From an uncultured virus (IMG/VR IMGVR_UViG_3300037863_000082) (lineage: Duplodnaviria > Heunggongvirae > Uroviricota > Caudoviricetes): a stretch of 20,000 nt of DNA. The DNA lies in IMG/VR virus record IMGVR_UViG_3300037863_000082; one strand, given 5' to 3'. The notes beneath the pieces are model-generated. The model was not told the origin of the DNA. It saw nothing but the letters and a program-made list of their open reading frames with translations, and did not search any database. The position numbers were made by a program, and so were the translations under genes. Shown here piece after piece: positions 8,770 to 17,528 of this stretch (position 1 is the stretch's first letter; every line of letters begins with the position of its first letter).

Positions 8770-11700
8770 TTATACCTTATATCTAACTATAACAATGCCG
8801 GGAAGGCCTGGGCTGCTGGGACCCATTCTTTGATTTGGATTTCCCGCAGCTTCTCCGGAGGCCCTTCCGCCACCGCCGCCGCCACCGCTTGTAGTCGCTG
8901 CTCCTCCGGAAGAAGAAGTTCGAACACCACCGTTTCCACCCCTAGCATATTCTGTGATTAGGCCGGTTATTCCAGAAGTTCTACCTAAAGATGCTACTCT
9001 TACTTGAGTTGCGGCAATGGGGTTTCCAGAACTTCCTCCAGCGCCGCCTTGGCCATTGTTTGATGTTATCTTTGAACCTGTATTTCCCTGACCAGATATT
9101 CCTGTTCCAACAGAACCGCCTCTCCAAACGGCACCACCGCCCGATCCACCACTCTTCCCGCTGCGGCCCTGGCCGGACCCCCCGCCTCCGCCACCAGTAG
9201 CTGTGACAACAAAAAAAGAAGAAATTCCTCCGTTATTTCCTGGCGGACACACTGTGGGTGACCCAACAGAGGTTCCTCCGGAACCAATCAAAATAGTAAA
9301 ATTTTCTGGAGAAGAAATCTCTATAGTACCGGAGACAACACCACCGGCGCCGCCGCCCGCTCCGGCCTCATACTCATTGTCTGCTGCGCCACCAGAGGCC
9401 CCTCCGCCTACAATAAGGTATTCTAATATATTTGCATTTGGATCGTCACTTAATCCAAGGACAGAAAACTCTCCGGAACCTATTGAAGAAAATTGGTGAA
9501 CCCTATAGATAATCCCTTGATCGTCTATATCAAAAGTTGTTCCACCCGTAGCGGTTAAAGCAGTAAATGCACTAAATCCAATTGGATATCTAATTATTAC
9601 TATTCCGCTGCCGCCTGGGCCGCCTAAGCTGTTTGTGATAGCCCTAGCCCCCCCACCGCCGCCGCCTAATCCGTTAGATCCGGAAGGAGCGGTGTTTGTT
9701 ACAGAGTCATAGTTTTGTCCGTTTGCTCCACCACCGGAACCTCCGGAGGCTCCTGGGTTATCTATACTTACAGAACCCGCCCCACCGCCACCGCCGTAAG
9801 AAAGATAGGATCCCGATAAATTAAATGGCTTACCGTTGCCTCCGGATCCGGGTATTGTTGATGATCCATTAGCCCCAACCTGAGAGGCTCCACCACCTCC
9901 ACCAGAAGATCCGGATCCATCTGATGAGCCCGAGCCGTTGCCGCCAAGATACCCTTGTATAGAAGATCCAGAACCAGTCCCTGCACCTGGGGTACCATTT
10001 CCAGCAGCCCCACCGCCAGATCCACCATTCTGTCCAGCTTTGTCTAGGGTTACAGAAGAGCCACCCCTTGCCCCACCACCTCCACCAATAGAAGAAACCC
10101 CAAACACAGAAGAGTTTTCTCCTTTGCTTCCCCTAGAATTAATAAAAGATGCTAAAGCGCCGTTTCCAACAATTACGTTGTATACTCCAGGAGATATAAC
10201 TGAAGTTCCATAGACTAGACCGCCGCCTCCGCCACCCGCCCCAGAGCCTAGGGAGCTCCCAGCGCCACCAGAACCTCCTCCGGCAACAGAAAGGAAAGAT
10301 ACGGTATCGCTTGATTCTCCTAGACTTATTACCTCAAATGTTCCGCTAGCGGAAAAGATATGAGATCTGTACCTAAGTCCACCATCGTTATATTCAACAA
10401 TAGTGCCACCAATTGCTTGTATTTGTCTAACCGGATAGCTGAGATCTACCCAGTCTGCCCCATCAAATCTTTTTGTTTCTTCAAAGTCTACCCAGTCCGA
10501 GCCATCCCACTTTTTTCCAACGTAGCCGTCTGTTTGTCCGACAACACCACCAATATCTTTAAATATAGTTATGTTTGGCTTAACCAATATGGAAAACTCC
10601 CGATCTACCGTTGTTGGAGAAACGCTTAAAAACGTTCTAATTGTAAAAGTATTATCTCCAGTGAACTGTGGTACGCCGTATATTCTTCCTCTTAAAATAT
10701 CTAATTCTAGGCCAACGGGAAGGGTGCTAGAAATAAGTGAATACCCCGTTGCGTTTGCTACAGCAATATTGGCAACATAGTAAGAGCCAACTCGAATTTC
10801 TGGGTTAAGTGTAGAATTTTGATTTGCAAACTCTGTAACCTGTAAAACAAAATCTTTGTTAGCGCTTCCTAATTCGTTTGCAGCACTTATAGTAAACGAA
10901 TATTCTCCTACGGTTTCAGGAATACCCTTCACGATCCCATTAAGATTGTCTATAGAAAGACCGGGTGGTAGAGAGCCATTTACAATATCATAATACTCTG
11001 CGTCTTGGGCAAACACGTCAGCATAAAAAGAAGATCCTAGGACTGGCTTTGCTGTATCTAGGATCAAGTAGCCATTTGTATCTCCTCCACTGGTATCAAT
11101 AAAAGACTCTCCAAGATTGGAAGCAGATAGGGATGTCCAGTACGGAATTGGCTTAGAAGTTTTTACGTTTAGTGGCGCAGTCCACTCTGAGCCCCTGGAA
11201 ACGCTTTCGCCGTTGTATATGCGGTTTGCAGCTAAAATCCTAAACCAATACTGTGTATCACTATCCAAGCTATCAACAACAATGTTTGTGCTTTTTGTCT
11301 CTACTTCAATGAAATCTTCTAGCTCCTGCTGCCCTCCGCCATTTGCTCCGGTCCTGCCGAATTGATTTTTAGAATATTGAATAACATACTTTTTTATTGG
11401 TACACCACCATCCGTTTCCGGCTTTTCCCATCTAAGTGTTACAGAGTGGTCTGTGGGACTGTGAACAGTAAAGTTTAAAGGCTTTGAGGGGACTTCTGCG
11501 TAAGTAAATTTTCCAACATAGCTTCTACCTGTTCCATTTGTTAATGGAGTTATGTTTGTCCCACTTAACGGCCTTGTCCCAAAAAAAACAGCTCCATTGG
11601 TGTTGTGTCCAAAAGAAACGGTTTGCGCTGTTTCCGAATCATCTACCACAGCAAATATTGGAAGGATGCCAGACTCTTCAGTTGCTGAGGTAGAAATAAC

Positions 11701-11922
11701 TGGAAAGAAATTTTCTGTTAAAGCATTATTTACAACTAAATTAACCTGCCTAGTTTCTGACTGAGAAGCTATCCATAAGGATATTCCAGTTATGGCAATT
11801 GGCATATTGCCATTGTTGTCTCTTCTGGTTTCTGGTAACCTAAAGGTGCTTCTCTGTTGATTTGAAGAAGAGCTACTGTTGACTACGGAGTTTGAGCCAT
11901 TTATTGTTGATATTCCACTCAT
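8770..11922 (-). CDS. Multidomain tail protein: fibronectin type III + two putative Ig (He_PIG-like) + two glycine-rich domains
   Basis: FN3 signature PSKPLNFTV...VTLRWEKPETDGGVPIKKYVIQY...LDSDTQYWFRILAAN. Ig signatures GSLPPGLSIDNLNGIVKGIP and STLPVGLELDILRGRIYGVP. Two GG-rich domains, each ending GIVI[IV]RY. Confidence 0.9.
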   Translation of the reverse strand: MSGISTINGSNSVVNSSSSSNQQRSTFRLPETRRDNNGNMPIAITGISLWIASQSETRQVNLVVNNALTENFFPVISTSATEESGILPIFAVVDDSETAQTVSFGHNTNGAVFFGTRPLSGTNITPLTNGTGRSYVGKFTYAEVPSKPLNFTVHSPTDHSVTLRWEKPETDGGVPIKKYVIQYSKNQFGRTGANGGGQQELEDFIEVETKSTNIVVDSLDSDTQYWFRILAANRIYNGESVSRGSEWTAPLNVKTSKPIPYWTSLSASNLGESFIDTSGGDTNGYLILDTAKPVLGSSFYADVFAQDAEYYDIVNGSLPPGLSIDNLNGIVKGIPETVGEYSFTISAANELGSANKDFVLQVTEFANQNSTLNPEIRVGSYYVANIAVANATGYSLISSTLPVGLELDILRGRIYGVPQFTGDNTFTIRTFLSVSPTTVDREFSILVKPNITIFKDIGGVVGQTDGYVGKKWDGSDWVDFEETKRFDGADWVDLSYPVRQIQAIGGTIVEYNDGGLRYRSHIFSASGTFEVISLGESSDTVSFLSVAGGGSGGAGSSLGSGAGGGGGGLVYGTSVISPGVYNVIVGNGALASFINSRGSKGENSSVFGVSSIGGGGGARGGSSVTLDKAGQNGGSGGGAAGNGTPGAGTGSGSSIQGYLGGNGSGSSDGSGSSGGGGGASQVGANGSSTIPGSGGNGKPFNLSGSYLSYGGGGGAGSVSIDNPGASGGSGGGANGQNYDSVTNTAPSGSNGLGGGGGGARAITNSLGGPGGSGIVIIRYPIGFSAFTALTATGGTTFDIDDQGIIYRVHQFSSIGSGEFSVLGLSDDPNANILEYLIVGGGASGGAADNEYEAGAGGGAGGVVSGTIEISSPENFTILIGSGGTSVGSPTVCPPGNNGGISSFFVVTATGGGGGGSGQGRSGKSGGSGGGAVWRGGSVGTGISGQGNTGSKITSNNGQGGAGGSSGNPIAATQVRVASLGRTSGITGLITEYARGGNGGVRTSSSGGAATTSGGGGGGGRASGEAAGNPNQRMGPSSPGLPGIVIVRYKV

Positions 11923-11928
11923 AATAGG

Positions 11929-12345
11929 TCACCAAAACCATAAGTCGCCAACTTGTGGATTGTCTGGCTCCGTTTCTTGTACTGATACCTTCAATGGTCC
12001 ATTATCTGTTGGAGTAATCCACTGATCTGTGTCCGACTTTGCCAATGTTATTGTATGGTACGGACCTCTAGAAACTAAAGAAGAAATTCCTAATATCTGC
12101 ACACCAGAAGATGGGGAAACGGTGATTACTCCATTTCCTAATTGCATTATTGTGATCGTTGACCCAATTGGTATCACAGCTTCTGAATTTTGCGCAATAG
12201 TTACAGAAACATTATCATCACTTGTAAACTTTAAAAGGTTTCCGGCGTCGGATGACTGAACTGTATAAGAAGTATTTGAAATCGAAAAAACATCTGGGTA
12301 AGATGGCCCATCAAAATTCTCAGGCCTAAAGGTAGTTTTGCCCAT
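11929..12345 (-). CDS. Tail fibre-related protein
   Basis: 138 aa. YTVQSSDAGNLL...IPIGSTITIMQLGNGVITV domain is also present in 13224-14204. C-terminal EPDNPQVGDLWFW fibre-type motif. Confidence 0.82.
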   Translation of the reverse strand: MGKTTFRPENFDGPSYPDVFSISNTSYTVQSSDAGNLLKFTSDDNVSVTIAQNSEAVIPIGSTITIMQLGNGVITVSPSSGVQILGISSLVSRGPYHTITLAKSDTDQWITPTDNGPLKVSVQETEPDNPQVGDLWFW

Positions 12346-12369
12346 CTGTCTCTCTTTCTTCTAAAACAA

Positions 12370-13221
12370 TTATACCAGGTTTAGAGGATACCTGATTATA
12401 ACAACACCAGATCCTCCAGATCTGTTATTTCCTCCACCACCGCCAAAACCATTAAGCCCTGGATTATTTGAGCCTCCACCACCGCCAAAACCTCCGTTAC
12501 CCGATGTTAGAGTGGCTCCAAAATTTCTTTGAAAACCTCCGGCACCTCCTCCAGCGTAATAAATGTTTTCACTTGTTATTCTAGAAATAAGTCCCCTGCC
12601 ACCATTTCCTGCCTGGGATCTTGTTGCAACGGAACCTGGCAAAGAAGCCCCACCACCGCCTCCGGAAGAGAATCCACCATCTATGTATTGTATACCGGCT
12701 CCACCAGGATTTCCTTGTCCAGATGAAGACACCGATCCTCCAATTCTGCCAGCGGTACCTTGAATGGATGAGCCTCCACCACCAGAAGCTCCAGAAGAGC
12801 CATTGGTTGCTGTTGTGTTATTTATAAAGTTTCCGCCGGCACCTCCTCCTGCTGAAATCACAGAAGCAAACGAACTAAGGCCACCATTCTGTCCAGCATT
12901 AGAAACTATTATTCCTCCGGCGCCTACTAAAACTGAATATGCAGTTGGTGACAAAGTGACTGTTCCGGACCTAAATCCACCGGCACCACCACCACCACCT
13001 ATTTGATAGCCACCTGAACCACCGCCACCAATTATTAAATACTCTACGGATCCATTAGTTGTACCAAGGTTACCAACAACAAAGTCATTGCTATCTTGAA
13101 ACATATGAACTCTGTATCTGATATCTCCATCAACAACATCTTCTACGGCGTTTCCACCAGAAGCAAATATTGGAGAGTATCCACCAAAAGACGCAAAGTT
13201 TCTAAAACCAAGAAGAGGCAA
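12370..13221 (-). CDS. Glycine-rich domain tail protein
   Basis: Single Gly-rich domain (RYRVHMF...VEYLIIGGGGSGG...GGSGVVIIRYP) paralogous to those in 8770-11922. Preferred start is TTG at 13221 (MPLLGFRN), after GAGG and just past the upstream stop, rather than ATG 13242. Confidence 0.85.
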   Translation of the reverse strand: MPLLGFRNFASFGGYSPIFASGGNAVEDVVDGDIRYRVHMFQDSNDFVVGNLGTTNGSVEYLIIGGGGSGGYQIGGGGGAGGFRSGTVTLSPTAYSVLVGAGGIIVSNAGQNGGLSSFASVISAGGGAGGNFINNTTATNGSSGASGGGGSSIQGTAGRIGGSVSSSGQGNPGGAGIQYIDGGFSSGGGGGASLPGSVATRSQAGNGGRGLISRITSENIYYAGGGAGGFQRNFGATLTSGNGGFGGGGGSNNPGLNGFGGGGGNNRSGGSGVVIIRYPLNLV

Positions 13222-13223
13222 TT

Positions 13224-14204
13224 CTAAACCTCTACAATCCATGAGGCTACAACTTCAGATGCTGAATCACCAAAAGAAGTAACGCTCAATACCCCAACCC
13301 TGTCTCCGTCTATTGATACTGGTTTCTGACCTAAGAATGTCCAGTCTGTCGGAAAAGTTAGAGTCTTTGTTGCTGTTCCGTTAATTAAAAGAACGGTTTT
13401 AATTGATCCTGGCCTATAGTTTTGTCCAGAGAATGTACTGTTGCCGGTAACTGTTTTACGAACAAGACCGGTACCACCAGCAAAATTGACAACAATAGAT
13501 GTACCAGAAGATTCATTAGTTACATCTATATCGTAATTTGGGGCAGAGACTATTTGATCAAAATCTGGATCAAACGTTACATCTATGTTTTCTGAAAAAT
13601 TAAGATCACCGGAAAGAACCCATTCGTTTTCTGCAATCTTAACAATCTTGGATTCCGAGTATCTGCCGGCTAGCCTGTTTATGCTGTCCCTACTTCTGAC
13701 CGATACTGATCCAGATTCGGCAATTACGTTTACTAATCCGGATCCGATTTGAACTATTTTAACAACCTGTCCTACTGGAAACGGAACGGTTGTATTTGTT
13801 GGAACATAGATAATTGTTCCTATGTTCGAGTTAACCAAAATTGTTTTGCCTCCATCGGCAAGCTCAAGTGTGTGGGTAGCAGACTTTGTTGATAGCTTTA
13901 CATCGTCCCCAACAAATCTCCAACCGTTACTGTAGTACTGAAGTTGATTCAAGTTTTGTATAAAACACACAACGCCATTAGATGGAGATGGGATTACTGT
14001 ATCTCTTGCTGCAACTGTTGCAAAGTTGTTTATTCCAGCCTGAGAGGTTAGAACACTCTCAAAGCTTACCGAGTTTTCAAACGTATGTGACGCGCTCCAA
14101 ACATAGGGCAGGGTTGCATTTGCTGTTCCGGCCATAGCATACCAAGTATCGGAATCTTCGTCATAAATGTACGCAAGATTTCCTGTATTGTCTATGGTGG
14201 CCAT
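13224..14204 (-). CDS. Tail fibre/adaptor protein
   Basis: 326 aa with AAGGAG RBS. Contains FATVAARDTVIPSPSNGVVCF, a central domain like 11929-12345, and a C-terminal beta domain (LTFPTDWTFLGQKP). Confidence 0.85.
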   Translation of the reverse strand: MATIDNTGNLAYIYDEDSDTWYAMAGTANATLPYVWSASHTFENSVSFESVLTSQAGINNFATVAARDTVIPSPSNGVVCFIQNLNQLQYYSNGWRFVGDDVKLSTKSATHTLELADGGKTILVNSNIGTIIYVPTNTTVPFPVGQVVKIVQIGSGLVNVIAESGSVSVRSRDSINRLAGRYSESKIVKIAENEWVLSGDLNFSENIDVTFDPDFDQIVSAPNYDIDVTNESSGTSIVVNFAGGTGLVRKTVTGNSTFSGQNYRPGSIKTVLLINGTATKTLTFPTDWTFLGQKPVSIDGDRVGVLSVTSFGDSASEVVASWIVEV

Positions 14205-14214
14205 ATGTTACTCC

Positions 14215-14517
14215 TTAAGAAATTTCTACACCGCTGATGTGAAAGTTTAGTCCGGAAGAAGAGGCAAAGCCTTCAATTATCTCTTCTGATGCAATAACTT
14301 GCTTAATGTCAAAAACAATAACATCGTTTCCAGAAACAGGGCTTTCATCAATAATTGTGACACCATCTAAACTTATCGTAGCACTTAGAGTTGCTGTTGT
14401 GGTGTTTGTTACAACAATGTTTGTAACCACTGCCTCTTGACCATTTGGCACAGCATAAAGTGTTCCGTTTGAGGTTGGTGCAGTTCCTCTATAAAGCGTT
14501 GCTTGTAAAATTGCCAT
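14215..14517 (-). CDS. Small beta-rich virion protein
   Basis: 100 aa, LYAVPNGQEAVVTNIVVTN...FHISGVEIS. Paralog of 7192-7524. Confidence 0.82.
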   Translation of the reverse strand: MAILQATLYRGTAPTSNGTLYAVPNGQEAVVTNIVVTNTTTATLSATISLDGVTIIDESPVSGNDVIVFDIKQVIASEEIIEGFASSSGLNFHISGVEIS

Positions 14518-14533
14518 TTTCCATATCTTTCTT

Positions 14534-15184
14534 TTAGTATAATCCCATAATGGTTGCTATTTTTTCTTCCTCTATATCTGAGGGAGCCCAAGCAACACCA
14601 AGAGTAGCAGTACTGTCAGCTGTTAAAACGTATCCGTTCTGACCAACAGAAAGACTGTCTAAATCTGTAGCAGAGTTTCCGACAAGGATATCTCCCTTTG
14701 CAGAAACGGCATTTGCAAAATCATTAATTGGAATCCAGGCCACCAGGTCAGCGTCGTAAACATAAGCGGTTTTTAGAGCAGAGTCTTTGTCAACCCAAAC
14801 CACTCCACTACTTAAGTCTTCTGTTGGTTCCGAATTAGAATAAAAGACAGAAGCATAGTATGTTGTTGAAGGTCCTCCAGAAACAGAAGAATCAACCCAG
14901 ATATATCCGTCTGGAATCCCCTCTTCCAGATTTGTTCCAGATGGTGTTCCCGTTGGTTCTGTACCAACAAAGTCTCCACCGGTTCTATAATATTCCAGTA
15001 TGTCTGCAAACTTTTCTGCTACCGCCTGAAAGTGACCTGCTATAGAGTTTTCTACAATAGATGCAGAAGACTCATTTGCTGGTTCGCCACCGCCGTAGTG
15101 ATATTGTTTTAGGGCATCTTGAATATTGGCATCGTCATCCAAATCCGGAATCTGAGTGTTAAAAAAGAATCCAACATTAGCCAT
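14534..15184 (-). CDS. Tail fibre-associated protein
   Basis: 216 aa. EP...GxxWVD repeats and C-terminal KGDILVG...LSVGQNGYVLTADSTATLGVAWA fibre-type motif. Confidence 0.85.
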   Translation of the reverse strand: MANVGFFFNTQIPDLDDDANIQDALKQYHYGGGEPANESSASIVENSIAGHFQAVAEKFADILEYYRTGGDFVGTEPTGTPSGTNLEEGIPDGYIWVDSSVSGGPSTTYYASVFYSNSEPTEDLSSGVVWVDKDSALKTAYVYDADLVAWIPINDFANAVSAKGDILVGNSATDLDSLSVGQNGYVLTADSTATLGVAWAPSDIEEEKIATIMGLY

Positions 15185-15202
15185 ATAGTATCACCTAGGC
15201 AA

Positions 15203-15775
15203 TTATACCACAGTAACGGAAACGCTAAATTCTTTCTCTCCTACAACTGGTGACCACGTTCCGCTAGAAAGCTCTGATGCATGAATGGTTGGTGAAAAGA
15301 AAATATTTGATCCTGAAGAAGTTAGGTCTGTAGGATATTCTATCGAGTATGCAACTGGATTTGTTCCAGAAAAAGAAATCTGGACTGCAAAATTATCTGG
15401 TGTTGCTGCCCCTCCGGAAAGCGTAGCGGGAATAATTTGATGAACTGGAATATTCAGTGTGACCTCTCCAGAAACAAAGGTAGGAGATGGTCTGCTGGAA
15501 TATGCTTCTGGAATTAGCTTAATAACGCTTACCCACTGTTCTACTCCATCTTGATTTAAATACTGATACATAAAAGAAAATTCATCGTCGTCTGCGTCAT
15601 AGTTAATGTACATATCAAAAAGGTTTGGGGACAATCCGGCAGTTGCTGGCTTTCCAATACCGGCAAAAATTCTACTTCCTCTTTCTCCCGATGATCCGAA
15701 GTCTAGCTCAACGTTAACAGAAGCTGGACCGCCTAGAACAGCAATTTCTGGATTAGAAAGTACGATCTCTGCCAT
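15203..15775 (-). CDS. Hypothetical structural protein (tail/baseplate module)
   Basis: 190 aa, coupled to the upstream gene by a TAATG overlap at 15775. Short GSSGERGS collagen-like stretch. Confidence 0.8.
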   Translation of the reverse strand: MAEIVLSNPEIAVLGGPASVNVELDFGSSGERGSRIFAGIGKPATAGLSPNLFDMYINYDADDDEFSFMYQYLNQDGVEQWVSVIKLIPEAYSSRPSPTFVSGEVTLNIPVHQIIPATLSGGAATPDNFAVQISFSGTNPVAYSIEYPTDLTSSGSNIFFSPTIHASELSSGTWSPVVGEKEFSVSVTVV

Positions 15776-16152
15776 TACGAAGAAACCCCGGTCGCGCCAG
15801 AAACGTGATCGGTGACGGTGATGTTTCCGGTTAGCAGTGTGTACTTTTTGTCATAAACAACATCAGTTTTAGAAATTTCTATATCATAAACATATGAGGT
15901 TCCGGCCTCTAGGTCAATTCCTACGTCTGGCTCAATAGCACAAAGAATGTGTGTCTTGTCTGCTGAAACAACAGCATAACCACTGATCTGATCCGCAACA
16001 CCCGTAGCGCCCCTCGATGTGGAAATGGTAAAAAGAGGAGTTCCATAGCCTGTTAGATCAAAGATGCCACCGGCGGAGTCTTTTGGGTAAACCCTAAACT
16101 CGAAGGTGTCTCCTCGATAATAATTAAAGTTGTAGCTTCCTGGAAATGCCAT
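15775..16152 (-). CDS. Baseplate upper protein (BppU_N)-like beta-sandwich protein
   Basis: 125 aa, YRGDTFEF...FDLTGY...YVYDIEI...LLTGNITV pattern. GAGGAG RBS and upstream TATAAT at 16170-16175. Confidence 0.7.
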   Translation of the reverse strand: MAFPGSYNFNYYRGDTFEFRVYPKDSAGGIFDLTGYGTPLFTISTSRGATGVADQISGYAVVSADKTHILCAIEPDVGIDLEAGTSYVYDIEISKTDVVYDKKYTLLTGNITVTDHVSGATGVSS

Positions 16153-16177
16153 ATATACTCCTCTTCATCATTATACA

Positions 16178-16843
16178 CTATGGAGTTACAAAATTTATTA
16201 AAATAGGCTCTGGGTCTACGGCTTCTCCGTCAATTTGAATTTCAAAATGTAGGTGTGGTCCGGTTGAAGTTCCTGTGTTACCAATCCCACCGATGTGTTG
16301 TCCCGACATCACAACGGCACCAACAAAAACATTTTCTGGTATTGAATTTAATTTTAAGTGAGCGTAGACAGTTCTCCAATTTTCCGCTTTTCCATTTATT
16401 GTAACTATGTGATCTATGTAAATATGAAGACCAAATCCTCCACTATACTCTAATTGCGAAACTAGTCCGTCCGATGCGGCAAATACAGGAGTTCCGGGCT
16501 TGTGTGCAAAATCAATACCTTGATGAAAACTTGAACAAGCCGAGCAAGACGCGCTTCTATTGCCATACCCGCTATCTATGATATTTTGTTTGACGGGCCA
16601 GGAGAATTTTGGAGTAATCTCTATCGTTGGATATCTGGCTGGTAAAATAGAGTAGCCATACTCTTTCACAACAAAAGGACCAGGCTCTAAACCTGTTGCT
16701 GTAATATCTACTTGATCTATTTCAAGGTCAGAAGAAAAAGCTTTTGAATCAGATGATCCTACAAGTAATATAATAATTAAACTAATAACGATATTAAACT
16801 TAAACATGTTTTCTAGGTTAACATTGTTTTTTAAAAAAATCAA
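16178..16843 (-). CDS. M23 family peptidase (probable endolysin/cell-wall hydrolase) with N-terminal hydrophobic segment
   Basis: Zn ligand motifs HQGID (HxxxD) and TGPHLHFE (HxH), plus YAHL. N-terminal IVISLIIILLVG. The start may be ATG 16807 instead. Confidence 0.92.
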   Translation of the reverse strand: MIFLKNNVNLENMFKFNIVISLIIILLVGSSDSKAFSSDLEIDQVDITATGLEPGPFVVKEYGYSILPARYPTIEITPKFSWPVKQNIIDSGYGNRSASCSACSSFHQGIDFAHKPGTPVFAASDGLVSQLEYSGGFGLHIYIDHIVTINGKAENWRTVYAHLKLNSIPENVFVGAVVMSGQHIGGIGNTGTSTGPHLHFEIQIDGEAVDPEPILINFVTP

Positions 16844-16879
16844 CCAGGATATAATTTATACAATTTAATAAAATAAAAG

Positions 16880-16930
16880 AATAGTACCTAGATCAGTTGG
16901 TATGAGAGAAAAACTGATTTAGGTACTATT
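16880..16930 (-). terminator. 19-bp stem-loop, probable intrinsic terminator/attenuator upstream of the M23 gene
   Basis: AATAGTACCTAGATCAGTT (16880-16898) / AACTGATTTAGGTACTATT (16912-16930), one mismatch, 13-nt loop. Followed on the minus strand by CUUUUAUUUUAUU. Confidence 0.6.
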
Positions 16931-17040
16931 GGGTTTATAAGTTATAAACGTTACACAATTGTAACACAATTCTCAGTAAAACAGTCTAAAACTATCAGGA
17001 AAGTGTGATACCCTTAAAATACTTTTTACTATAAAGAAAG

Positions 17041-17100
17041 ATATATATAATATATATATATATATATATACTATATATATAGTATATAAGTGTATATAGA
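17041..17100. repeat. (TA)n tract with 24-bp perfect palindrome
   Basis: (TA)10 at 17051-17070. TATATACTATATATATAGTATATA at 17065-17088 is self-complementary. Confidence 0.9.
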
Positions 17101-17109
17101 TAAAAGCAA
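17081..17109 (-). promoter_or_regulatory. Sigma70/SigA-type promoter TTGCTT-N17-TATACT
   Basis: -35 at 17109-17104, -10 at 17086-17081, 17-nt spacer. Fires into the TA tract toward the M23 gene. Confidence 0.55.
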
Positions 17110-17123
17110 ATTACGCGAAAACT

Positions 17124-17528
17124 TTATTTGTTAAGATCTTTTTCAATCTTATTTAAACGTTCTTCAATTTTGTCAAACTTTTGATCACCTTCAGCTAAAC
17201 GAAGATCTATACTATCCGTCTTATCATAAATCTCATTCACGCTGATCTCAATTCTATCGACTGCGTCTTTTACAGAAGAGCCACCATTATTCTTTAGCTG
17301 GCCATCAATTTCATTAAGTCTTTCCATCACCCCTGGAACACGATCACGACCAGGTCTTGATTCAATTCCTGACCAGTCTTCCATAAACTTTTCCCATGCC
17401 ATAGCCAAAGCACTTATTCTTTTACCTAATGGCAAAATTATTTTTCCAATGAGCAGCCACGTGGCAAGGACCGTTCCGAGGGCTCCAAAAATTTGTACAA
17501 CCATTAGTTGATCGGGATTTATTTCCAT
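17124..17528 (-). CDS. Lysis-module membrane protein (DUF2746-like, holin-associated)
   Basis: One N-terminal TM segment, then PGVMERL..IDGQLKNNGGSSVKDAVDRIE and a coiled coil, a pattern I recognise from actinophage proteins adjacent to lysins. Confidence 0.8.
   Translation of the reverse strand: MEINPDQLMVVQIFGALGTVLATWLLIGKIILPLGKRISALAMAWEKFMEDWSGIESRPGRDRVPGVMERLNEIDGQLKNNGGSSVKDAVDRIEISVNEIYDKTDSIDLRLAEGDQKFDKIEERLNKIEKDLNK

Noticed and set aside
7470..15815. Remaining plus-strand ORFs (many Pro-rich) and nested alternate-frame minus ORFs
   Set aside because: They overlap well-supported minus-strand structural genes. The Pro-rich ones are antisense reads of Gly codon runs.
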